A stretch of DNA of 32,000 nucleotides from assembly GCA_934660865.1 (NCBI GenBank), contig CAKUIA010000011.1:30001-62000 (forward strand), written 5' to 3'. Shown here piece after piece: positions 1 to 7,554 of this stretch; within the stretch, counting starts at the first letter, position 1; each line of letters begins with the position of its first letter. Origin of the DNA: an uncultured Opitutales bacterium. GTDB taxonomy: Bacteria; Verrucomicrobiota; Verrucomicrobiia; Opitutales; Intestinicryptomonadaceae. The notes below the pieces were generated by a model. It saw only the letters and a list, made by a program, of their open reading frames with translations. It had not been told where the DNA came from and searched no databases. A program made the translations under genes and the position numbers.

Positions 1-2
1 CC

Positions 3-959
3 TGTGTTTTCGGTTTCGGTTTCAAACTCGAAGTCGGCACTTGCCGTGCCAATCGTAAGCTTGTTGTCGCCGTATTGGTCGCCATGCGCTTCGAATGTAA
101 TTTCGTCCATAAGAGCGTCTTTTGCGGAGAACGTCGCTGTGGGATCCTTGCAGGCCGCCGATTTAAGCGTAAACAAAAAGTCCCCCTGTTTTGCCCCGCG
201 CAACACCAAATCGGGATAGCTGGCTACTCCCGCAAACTTGCCGATTTCGTCTGTGGTTGTAATGCCCGTAAGTTTTTGCCAATTTGCAAGGCTTATGTTG
301 CGCGGTTTAAACTTGGCCGACACCGATATGTCGGTAATGTTTTTGCCGTATTTAATTAAACGGTCGTTTTGCGCGTCTTCGGTAGATAGCGATATTTCAA
401 TGCTTGCACCGTCGGTATCAAAATCTATGGCTGTATTGCCGCTGCCGTAAATGCCCAAACACCTAAGCATAAATTTGCCTGCGTCTTCAAGGTCGCCGAC
501 TGTGGGTGCTGCGGTTAATTCGGTGGTCGTTACAAGCGGTGTAGTCGGGTTTAGAGGATCGGGGTATACAGTCCAACCGTGCTCGCCCAAAGGCAAATTT
601 GCACCGAAAGTAATCGAGCCTATTGTATCGTGGATAGCGGGTGCAAACGCCCACTTAACCCATTTGCCCGAGGCAACGCGGGCAACGATGGACATATTTT
701 CGACTTTAGGCAAACGCGTACCCTTTACGAGCGACAACTCTTTAAAAAGCGCGTCTGTATTGCTAAAAGCCACGGGCGAGCCCTTAATCGAAATCGACTG
801 GTCTGTTAATATGTCGCCCGCCTTTATCGAGTTAGACGTCGCTACGTCCAATTTTGTCGAGGTTTTGCTAACCTTAATCGAGTCTTTTATGTACAGCACA
901 GAGCTCCCGATGAACAGAAACGCCGGTGCTTTAATGTCTTCTAATGGGTATGCTTTCAT
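3..959 (-). CDS. phage tail structural protein, probable major tail (tube or sheath) protein; N-terminal 319 codons, C-terminus off-window
   Basis: Missing from the supplied ORF track because it has no stop in the window. I checked every minus-frame triplet from 957-959 (ATG) down to 3-5 and found no stop. Translation starts MKAYPLEDIKAPAFLFIGSS. It lies directly downstream of the head-tail joining genes. The overlapping plus-strand ORFs (4-219, 75-359, 238-450, 451-1161) are fragmented. Confidence 0.7.
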   Translation of the reverse strand, partial: MKAYPLEDIKAPAFLFIGSSVLYIKDSIKVSKTSTKLDVATSNSIKAGDILTDQSISIKGSPVAFSNTDALFKELSLVKGTRLPKVENMSIVARVASGKWVKWAFAPAIHDTIGSITFGANLPLGEHGWTVYPDPLNPTTPLVTTTELTAAPTVGDLEDAGKFMLRCLGIYGSGNTAIDFDTDGASIEISLSTEDAQNDRLIKYGKNITDISVSAKFKPRNISLANWQKLTGITTTDEIGKFAGVASYPDLVLRGAKQGDFLFTLKSAACKDPTATFSAKDALMDEITFEAHGDQYGDNKLTIGTASADFEFETETENT

Positions 960-981
960 TTATATCCTTTTTTGTTTTATG

Positions 982-1434
982 TTAAAAATTAACTTGAAAT
1001 TTTATCTTCTGAACGAGAATCATTACGGGTTCGTTTTCTGGCGAAGCGTCTTCCAACGGCTGAAACTGCGGAATGCTACCCTCGAAACGCTCGTTGTAAA
1101 TCGCGTGTACCACACACTCGAGCAAGTTGTCCGCATGGATTTCTACATCGTCTTTTTTTAAATCGTTTGTGGTAACGTTTTCCACTACGCTTACGGCTAT
1201 TAATCCATTTTCGGCCACTATCCCGACAACCCTGTCAGCGTAATCCTGCACCAAATACGGAGATACAACCACGGCAAGCCCGACGCGCGAAAGAGATTCT
1301 TCTATGTCGCTTGCGATGTCTCCTTTTAGGCGCGAAAATATCTGTATGTTTTCGTTCGGTAACACGGCGCGGATTTTTGCGACAATCCATTCCTGTAATT
1401 CGCGCGATTTCGATTTTTTAAAGTGATAGTCCAT
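982..1434 (-). CDS. hypothetical phage protein, head-tail joining / tail terminator-like by position
   Basis: 150 aa. Overlaps the upstream gpG-like gene by 17 nt and sits between that gene and the tail protein. I can name no motif. Confidence 0.6.
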   Translation of the reverse strand: MDYHFKKSKSRELQEWIVAKIRAVLPNENIQIFSRLKGDIASDIEESLSRVGLAVVVSPYLVQDYADRVVGIVAENGLIAVSVVENVTTNDLKKDDVEIHADNLLECVVHAIYNERFEGSIPQFQPLEDASPENEPVMILVQKIKFQVNF

Positions 1435-1975
1435 AGTACTGGTTTATGTATAGGTTTATTGTTTCGTTTGCGCCCTTGAGCATTTCGGCTTCGGTCGGGA
1501 ATTTGTCTTTATGCGGCTTAATTACCGCTTTCGGCGTAAGCAAATAGGCGATGCGTATTGCGGCTCCGTCTTTGTAGGCAAGATACCTTTTGCCCATCGC
1601 TCTGCGTTGTCCAAATGTAAAGAGCCTTTTGTAGGTAATTTCACGTGGGTTTCGCCCGAAGAATTCGGACTTAAGCGGTATAGCCAAGTTTTTGCCGTTT
1701 TTCGGACGAACGGTTCCGCCGTAATACTGCAACGCAACGCCGACTTTTTTTACGGCAACAGTTGCCGAAGAATCGGTATTCTTCTTGTAGATTGCTTGCG
1801 AAGCTTCCTGCCAAAAGCGTTTGCCGCCGTTCGAAACAAACTTGTCGCGTAAGTCAACTTCCATGCGTTTGGCAATTTTGCCCATCAATATACTGCGATT
1901 TTTACCCAAACATGAAAGCAATGTATCTAGGTGTTTGCGGGCGTTGTCATTCTGCGATATTGTGATTTTAAGCAT
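1418..1975 (-). CDS. virion morphogenesis / neck protein (Mu gpG or HK97 gp10-like)
   Basis: 185 aa. GGAGG Shine-Dalgarno 7 nt upstream of the ATG. The segment VGVALQYYGGTVRPKNGKNLAIPL resembles the conserved core of gpG/gp10-type tail-completion proteins. It follows the F-like gene, as G follows F in Mu. Confidence 0.6.
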   Translation of the reverse strand: MLKITISQNDNARKHLDTLLSCLGKNRSILMGKIAKRMEVDLRDKFVSNGGKRFWQEASQAIYKKNTDSSATVAVKKVGVALQYYGGTVRPKNGKNLAIPLKSEFFGRNPREITYKRLFTFGQRRAMGKRYLAYKDGAAIRIAYLLTPKAVIKPHKDKFPTEAEMLKGANETINLYINQYYGLSL

Positions 1976-2285
1976 TTAAATCCTCCGCTTTTAATTGGTT
2001 GACATTCCGAAAATTAGTCCGATGATTGGAAGTATGAAACTTGAAGGTGGATATGATTCGGTTGAAGAGCGCGACTTTTTTCAGTGGCTCAATGCCGAAT
2101 ATGCGCGTGTTCGCAACGATAAAAATATGCCGCAAGAAGAAAGTAGCGACCGCCGTAACGAGCTTACCGAACTCCACAGCATTTCGCAACCGAACAGACA
2201 CCCCGATACAATCCCGTATTTTGTGGAACGGTATGTTGCCCGCCTTAAAAGCGGCAGAAATTATTACAGCCAAAGACCTCTTCAT
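1968..2285 (-). CDS. hypothetical small basic protein (105 aa), candidate partner of the upstream toxin module
   Basis: Its ATG overlaps the upstream TGA (ATGA at 2285-2282). A GGAGGAA Shine-Dalgarno lies 7-8 nt upstream, inside the preceding gene. Its stop overlaps the next gene start by 8 nt. A codon-aligned antisense ORF (1995-2309 +) also stays open, so the strand call is not fully certain. Confidence 0.5.
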   Translation of the reverse strand: MKRSLAVIISAAFKAGNIPFHKIRDCIGVSVRLRNAVEFGKLVTAVATFFLRHIFIVANTRIFGIEPLKKVALFNRIISTFKFHTSNHRTNFRNVNQLKAEDLNA

Positions 2286-3622
2286 TGGACTTCCTCCACT
2301 GTTAAATAAAGCGTATCTCCGCGAACTTCATTTTTTAGGATTTTCATTTTTCCGCCTTTCGAGAATAGCACTTCCATTTCTTCAGCATTTGTATTGAAGT
2401 AGCGTTCTACTAGTTTGCCTATATATTTTGCGTTTCCGTGTTTTACTACGGTAATGAAAACCTTTGTCGGTCTTGTCATATATTTATCTAGCACCATTCC
2501 AGCGTCGGTTGAATACGACTCGAACGTTGCGCGCTCGAAATACCCCTTGTCAACCTGCTCCATAAAACTATAGTAAGCCTCTTTTTGTTTAGGATATTTT
2601 GTATTCCAGCTCATACCGCGATAAATTGGGGTATCGCTTTCCATAGGCAAAATGCGTTTTAGCAATCTGCCGAAATGGTATGCCTTATCGCTTGTCGTAT
2701 GGTGCTTTATGTAGTTGGAATTTTCCGACCATTCTGCAAGGGCGTCCCTTTGGTGGTATGGGCTTTTGCCGTCGCCGTAAAAATTTTCAGGCAAAGGCTT
2801 ATTTAAGACATCGACTATTTCAGTTGCCGAATACGGTTTTGTGCCGTTGGGATCCGTAAAAACAAGTTTGTCTCCGTCCCACTTTGCAAGGCCTTTCATT
2901 CTTTCGGATATATCCTTTTTTAAGGCGTCATTTGCTCCCGAAATTTCCGTTTCCAAATTTTCGTTCATAGACGGCAACTCCTGCGGTTGGGCAAAATGGT
3001 CGGCGTCAATAACACCCGATTCTACTGCTTCCTTTCTGGAGACATCGCGCAACCCCATGCCCGAGTTGAAATCGAACGGCGGATAAGGTTGCTTAAAGCG
3101 TGAAATTTCAGTCCAAATCGGCGAGTTTACTTCGGCAATCATTCTGCCATTGTATAGTTTCCCGCCTGCCGCCTGCCAACGGCTTGCCCAATCTCTCGGT
3201 TGGCGCGACTGCCTAATGCGAATAAGCTCGAAGCACGGATATAAATCGAGGTCTTCCTGCGCCTCTGCAAAACGTGCATAACCTTGCGCCATTTCCAAAT
3301 TAGTGCGCAAAATCAAATCTTGACGCCTAAAAGAATTCAAATCCTTAACGCTGCCTTTCGTACCATCGGCAGGTTTGTAGCCTGTAGAATCCAATGCGTG
3401 TTGTATTGCCAACCTTGCGTCCGACATGGATAACTTGCCTGCTGCATAGTCGTTGCAAGCCCTGTGCATTGCATTCACAACCTTTGCATTATTTACCGTT
3501 GCAGACCAAAACGCACGTTCGCGGATTTGATAATCAAGCTCCGCCATTTCCCGCGATGTCAAATTCGTGGGAACGTCTTGCTTGCGTTTTAAATACGCTT
3601 CGGCTGTATCGTCGTATGGCAT
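2282..3622 (-). CDS. MuF / SPP1 gp7-like minor head protein fused to a C-terminal ADP-ribosyltransferase-like (R-S-E) domain
   Basis: 446 aa. The central region RIRQSRQPRDW...PIWTEISRFKQPYPPFDFNSGMG resembles the MuF core. The C-terminal ~115 aa carry Y-R335-G (2618-2620), S371-T-D (2504-2512) and E415-M-E417 (2372-2380), spaced about 36 and 44 residues apart. Confidence 0.75.
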   Translation of the reverse strand: MPYDDTAEAYLKRKQDVPTNLTSREMAELDYQIRERAFWSATVNNAKVVNAMHRACNDYAAGKLSMSDARLAIQHALDSTGYKPADGTKGSVKDLNSFRRQDLILRTNLEMAQGYARFAEAQEDLDLYPCFELIRIRQSRQPRDWASRWQAAGGKLYNGRMIAEVNSPIWTEISRFKQPYPPFDFNSGMGLRDVSRKEAVESGVIDADHFAQPQELPSMNENLETEISGANDALKKDISERMKGLAKWDGDKLVFTDPNGTKPYSATEIVDVLNKPLPENFYGDGKSPYHQRDALAEWSENSNYIKHHTTSDKAYHFGRLLKRILPMESDTPIYRGMSWNTKYPKQKEAYYSFMEQVDKGYFERATFESYSTDAGMVLDKYMTRPTKVFITVVKHGNAKYIGKLVERYFNTNAEEMEVLFSKGGKMKILKNEVRGDTLYLTVEEVQ

Positions 3623-3632
3623 GGGTTAGGTT

Positions 3633-4085
3633 CTATAGGCCGTTAAAATCGCTTCGTTGCGGTACACCGCGTGCTGGACGCACAAGCACACAACCGCCCG
3701 AATTCTGTGTTGTTGGAGCGTTTTCGGGATTTTCAGGTATGGATACGGCAAAGTCTCCAGCGGCTATTTTGTCGAGCAACTCCAACGCCTTTAAATTGGC
3801 GGTTTTTTCGTCGTCTTTTAATTCTAGTGTTAAACGTGGTTTTGCTACGGCAACAATTAGCGCGAGGGCATCGCGTTCGAGTTCGGCTGGGATTTTCCCT
3901 GTATCCTTGTCGCACAAATATCCGCCTGCTTTTATTGCGCCGCGAATTTTTGTAACAACAATACGCACGGCATCGGGCAATGGGTTTTCTTGTCCCTCTG
4001 CGCGGGCTTTCGTTTTCATTGCATCGACAAGCTTCCCCGCTTGATAGGTTGCCAAATTAGATTCTGTAAGTGTTATCCAAGACAT
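3633..4085 (-). CDS. head-tail connector/adaptor protein (Mu gp36 / DUF1320-like)
   Basis: 150 aa. Has an N-terminal 'ITLTESNL' type start and a C-terminal NLKALELLDKIAAGDFAV segment typical of DUF1320/gp6-like connectors. Located in the head module. Confidence 0.55.
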   Translation of the reverse strand: MSWITLTESNLATYQAGKLVDAMKTKARAEGQENPLPDAVRIVVTKIRGAIKAGGYLCDKDTGKIPAELERDALALIVAVAKPRLTLELKDDEKTANLKALELLDKIAAGDFAVSIPENPENAPTTQNSGGCVLVRPARGVPQRSDFNGL

Positions 4086-4093
4086 AAATTATT

Positions 4094-4915
4094 TTAAGCT
4101 GCTTTACGCTGTATAGTTGGCGTTTTTACGGCGTTGAAATTGTTTTGCAAGGCACTTGCAAGGGCATCGCAAGCGACAATCATTTCGGACTTTTCGGGGC
4201 GTATTCTGTCGCCCGTGCCCGCCGAATATTTAAAGGGGATTTCCACCCTTGCAAAGTCTGCAAAGATTTTTCGACAAATGTCGGAGCCGTCGCAGGATAG
4301 CAACCACTTGCCTTTAATGGTATAAAGTTTGTTGCGCAAAATCTCCATATCTTCTGGCGAAAATGCGTCGTATGTGCCAGAATTGCCCGTGCAGTACGGC
4401 GGATCAAAATAAACAAATGCGTTTGCATTGTCGAAATACTCAACAACGTCGCGCCAGTCGCGCTGCTCGATATAAACGTTTTTTAGACGGTCGTGCAGCT
4501 CCTTTATCATTGGCACATGGCGGTTTTTGTCGAAACCTCGATAGCCGCGATTATCCCTTGCGTAGTAGTCGCCAAATCCCGAAAAGGACGAAACTTTAAG
4601 CAAATACCAGCGGGCAACCTTTTGTAGTTCGGTAAGCCCTTGTGCGTCGCGCAGGCGGTTGAAAATGTCCACCGAGTGCAAATACCATTCGAGCTCCGAC
4701 AACAACGCCTCCAAATGTTCGCGCACATATAGATAAAACCCCGACACATCGGCGTTAATGTCGTTTATAACCTCAACTTTAGCGCGTGGTTTTGCCAAAA
4801 ATACGGCAAGGCCGCCTGCAAAAGGCTCAATATAAGTGCTATGCTCGGGGATTACAGGCAGAATGTATTTCAACAATCTGCGTTTTCCACCAGAATATGT
4901 AAATACGGGATTCAT
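4094..4915 (-). CDS. dam: DNA N6-adenine methyltransferase, Dam / D12 class
   Basis: 273 aa. AdoMet motif EPFAGGLAVF near the N-terminus and catalytic DPPY (VYFDPPYCTG). N-terminal YSGGKRRLL is typical of Dam-family enzymes. Confidence 0.9.
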   Translation of the reverse strand: MNPVFTYSGGKRRLLKYILPVIPEHSTYIEPFAGGLAVFLAKPRAKVEVINDINADVSGFYLYVREHLEALLSELEWYLHSVDIFNRLRDAQGLTELQKVARWYLLKVSSFSGFGDYYARDNRGYRGFDKNRHVPMIKELHDRLKNVYIEQRDWRDVVEYFDNANAFVYFDPPYCTGNSGTYDAFSPEDMEILRNKLYTIKGKWLLSCDGSDICRKIFADFARVEIPFKYSAGTGDRIRPEKSEMIVACDALASALQNNFNAVKTPTIQRKAA

Positions 4916-4935
4916 TGTTAAAAAAATTGCGTGTT

Positions 4936-4974
4936 AAAGAGAAAATGGGGAGCGGAAGCAGTTGTCCGCTCCCC
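4936..4974 (-). terminator. hairpin terminator/attenuator downstream of the major capsid gene
   Basis: Perfect 9-bp stem GGGGAGCGG / CCGCTCCCC (4947-4955 and 4966-4974) with a 10-nt loop. On the minus strand it is followed by ATTTTCTCTTT. Confidence 0.6.
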
Positions 4975-4981
4975 GACAGAT

Positions 4982-5911
4982 TTAGGAGTTCGAGATGGAA
5001 AGGCCTTTGCAGGCGCCTACGCCAGTTTGCGCGAGCAACGAATAGTGTTCTACCGTTACAATGGTGCGCTTTGTCTTTTTCTCGACATAGACTTTAAAGC
5101 CTTCTTCGCCCACAAAACGCTTAAACGTCGAGGCGTCGAATTTGCTAATGCCGTCTTTGCCGCAGAATGCCAAAACGTAGTTTGCCAAAAACGCCTTGTA
5201 CTCTTTTGCTGCTTTGCCGTCGCTATCCTTTACCTTTGTTTCGAAGCGTTTGTCGCAGGTAAGGATTTTGTCTACGCCTACAAAACCGCGCAGGTTGTCC
5301 AACGTAAGCATTGCCTGCCCGCCAGCTGCAGTGTTTGTGGAGCCTAAAAGGCTTTCCATACGGCATGTCCATGCCCCAGCACCGATAAGCACACGGTTTG
5401 CGTTCAAGCCGCCTTTGTCACCTACCGAGGATATAAGTTTTCTTATGTCCAAATCGGGGTTTGTACCGCCGCCACTCTTCCAAGTTTTATTTTCGAGAGT
5501 GCCCGCTGCAGTTTTTGCCATTTCGATTGCGCGATTTAACTCGTTTGCAATAAGGCGGTTTTTAAGAATTCTCACGGCTTCCTGCTCGTAGTCGGCAAAA
5601 TACTCATCTTCGTCGATTGCCAAAGTAAGGCCGCGGTTTACAAGCTTTGCGTTTACAACGTCGCCGCCGATGTTGATTTCCTTAAAAGTGCCGCGCACCG
5701 CTCTGGAGTCGTCATCGTCGACCAACATTGTGCCGTCGCCGAATTTGTTGTACTCAAAGCGTTTTGCCGTCTTTACCTCGGGCGCAATAAACGCCAAAAG
5801 TTCCGCAGCGTCTTCGTCTATGGGCAACCCCGCGCAATAGCTGGACAAAGGTTGCGACAAATTTGCGGCATTGTAGGCGTCGCTGTTTGCAAATATGATT
5901 TTGTTTTTCAT
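4982..5911 (-). CDS. major capsid protein
   Basis: 309 aa. AAGGAAAA Shine-Dalgarno. Follows the decoration and protease-scaffold genes and is followed by a hairpin. Size and position are typical of HK97-fold capsid proteins; the sub-family is unresolved. Confidence 0.75.
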   Translation of the reverse strand: MKNKIIFANSDAYNAANLSQPLSSYCAGLPIDEDAAELLAFIAPEVKTAKRFEYNKFGDGTMLVDDDDSRAVRGTFKEINIGGDVVNAKLVNRGLTLAIDEDEYFADYEQEAVRILKNRLIANELNRAIEMAKTAAGTLENKTWKSGGGTNPDLDIRKLISSVGDKGGLNANRVLIGAGAWTCRMESLLGSTNTAAGGQAMLTLDNLRGFVGVDKILTCDKRFETKVKDSDGKAAKEYKAFLANYVLAFCGKDGISKFDASTFKRFVGEEGFKVYVEKKTKRTIVTVEHYSLLAQTGVGACKGLSISNS

Positions 5912-5940
5912 TCAGTTTTCCTTTTTTTGTGATTGTTTTG

Positions 5941-6354
5941 TTAGGCTGCGGCTATTGTGAGGCTTTGCGGACGCTGTCCGATGATTTCAACTAGGTCGCC
6001 TTTGCCGACCGATTTTGCAAGCGCAATGCCGACTAGCTGTACAGTTTGTGCGCTTGCGCCTTTTGCAGGCACTGCCTTTACGGCTCCGTCGGCCGCCAAG
6101 CATACAGCGGCACCTGCCGCAATTTCGCCGTCTGCAAGGGCAACTATTGTGCGGTTTGTAACGCCGAGCAGTTCAACGGCAACGTTGTCGCCCTGTTTTA
6201 CGCTATCCAGCAATACGCCGATTGCATCGGTATCGGTTGCGGCACACGCCTCAACTTTGTTGGCGTCGGCCGCAGTAAGTTTTACAACAGCCCCGCGCGG
6301 CAAATCCGCAGAGGCAATGCGTGTAATGTTGTTTATGTGTGTTCCTTCGTTCAT
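5941..6354 (-). CDS. head decoration / capsid cement protein (DUF2190-like)
   Basis: 137 aa, Ala/Gly/Val-rich and beta-rich (GDNVAVELLG, GDLVEIIG). Sits between the scaffold and capsid genes, as DUF2190 proteins typically do. Confidence 0.6.
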   Translation of the reverse strand: MNEGTHINNITRIASADLPRGAVVKLTAADANKVEACAATDTDAIGVLLDSVKQGDNVAVELLGVTNRTIVALADGEIAAGAAVCLAADGAVKAVPAKGASAQTVQLVGIALAKSVGKGDLVEIIGQRPQSLTIAAA

Positions 6355-6378
6355 GGTTATCCTTTGTTTTGGTTTAAA

Positions 6379-7554
6379 TTATTTCGTTTCGCCGAACGCG
6401 CCTTTGTATTTCTCGTTGGCTTCCTTCCAAGCCCTGTTGTAGGCTTCTTGGCCGCCGCCGTATTCGGCCGTTTTTGTTTTAACGTATTCGTCGAATTTTT
6501 GGCGCAGTTCGTTTTGTTTGTTTTCGGCTGCCGTTATACCGTCCGTTTTAGGCTCGGTTTTTACGACTTTGTCGGCGGCATTAAGCGCGGCTTCGTCTTT
6601 GTCGAAGTCGGCAGAGTTCGCCAAAATCATTTCAGCCGAGTTGCGCTGGAATTCCGCAAGTTTGCCGTCCTTAATTGCGTTGGCGACAACAAGCTTCGCT
6701 CTCGCGGTCTGTGATTTTTTCAGAGCCGCCTGCGAATTTGCCAATGCAACTTTTGCCGTTTCAAGCTGCTTGTCTTTCTCGGAGCCGTCTTTTTGTGCGA
6801 CCTCGAGGTTGTTGGCAATTTCGGTCTTTTTTGTTAGAGCGGTCTTTATACGCTCGAGCACGTCGGTAGGCGCATCGGCCGCTTTGTTGATTATCTTTTG
6901 CGCTGCTTCTTCGGAATAGCCCAAAAGTCTTAATATTTCCATGTCCATTATGATTGTTTCCTTTGTTTGAGTTTCGGAGTTTACGAAAGAGGTTTGTTTT
7001 ATATTCGGGGTACGCGTAAGCCCAATGGAGATTAGGCGGTTCGGGCGCGCAACTTTGTCGGCAATGTCAAAAGCGTTCCAGCGCGGGGAAATCTGCAGCC
7101 TTTGCGGCAACGTTTCAAAGCCGTTTAGCCATTCGATATTGGCGTAAATACCGTCATCTCCGTTTTCCAACGAAAGCACTTTGCCGTAGGGCGTCTTATC
7201 TGGTGTGTCGGGGATTACATAATCGTCTTCATCGTCCGGGTGCTCGTAATACACGGGGCACGCATTGCCGAATACGTTTTTTATACGACTCCAAATTGTG
7301 CCGAGATTGTTTTTTAAAATTTCACCCGCTGCACTGTCGACGCGCTGAATGTAGTCGCCTTTTTTAAAGTCGCCATAGGGGGCAATTAAATATTTTCCGT
7401 GTTTTTCGGTCGGTCGGTCGATTTCAATGCCGTTGCAAAACGTCAAAACACCGTTGCAAAAGCCGTTTGATTGCTTTTTCGATAATTTATCCGTCCTTGA
7501 GGCAAAAAGGCCTAAAATCGCCGAATTTTTGCTTTTCCTGTTTTCGCTATTCAT
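6379..7554 (-). CDS. prohead protease with C-terminal scaffold domain (Mu gpI-like)
   Basis: 391 aa. The N-terminal half (YLIAPYGDF..., ISPRWNAFD, ISIGLTRTPN) resembles the Mu I / S77 protease. The C-terminal 189 aa are Ala/Lys/Glu-rich and coiled-coil-like. An internal AAGGAAA Shine-Dalgarno plus ATG occurs at 6948. Confidence 0.75.
   Translation of the reverse strand: MNSENRKSKNSAILGLFASRTDKLSKKQSNGFCNGVLTFCNGIEIDRPTEKHGKYLIAPYGDFKKGDYIQRVDSAAGEILKNNLGTIWSRIKNVFGNACPVYYEHPDDEDDYVIPDTPDKTPYGKVLSLENGDDGIYANIEWLNGFETLPQRLQISPRWNAFDIADKVARPNRLISIGLTRTPNIKQTSFVNSETQTKETIIMDMEILRLLGYSEEAAQKIINKAADAPTDVLERIKTALTKKTEIANNLEVAQKDGSEKDKQLETAKVALANSQAALKKSQTARAKLVVANAIKDGKLAEFQRNSAEMILANSADFDKDEAALNAADKVVKTEPKTDGITAAENKQNELRQKFDEYVKTKTAEYGGGQEAYNRAWKEANEKYKGAFGETK

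Noticed and set aside
451-1161. 236-aa plus-strand ORF (with 4-219, 75-359 and 238-450) offered by the ORF track at the window start
   Set aside because: A single uninterrupted minus-strand frame spans 3-959 with an ATG at 959 and fits the operon orientation. The plus-strand ORFs are fragmented, run into the next minus-strand gene and have odd composition, so I treat them as shadow ORFs.
1995-2309. 104-aa plus-strand ORF antisense to the small gene after the toxin module, with a TTGACA hexamer at 1998-2003
   Set aside because: It is codon-aligned antisense to the minus ORF, the classic shadow frame. It starts at TTG with no Shine-Dalgarno before any in-frame ATG, and no acceptable -10 follows the TTGACA. 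The minus ORF has a GGAGGAA Shine-Dalgarno and ATGA coupling. It is not fully excluded, because its codon choice looks natural.
3394-4044. 216-aa plus-strand ORF; similar long antisense ORFs at 5957-6442, 6046-6714, 26172-26777 and 28311-28922
   Set aside because: All lie entirely inside confidently assigned minus-strand genes. Their products are Arg/Cys/Phe-rich and low-complexity, and they lack Shine-Dalgarno sites. These are typical antisense shadow ORFs.
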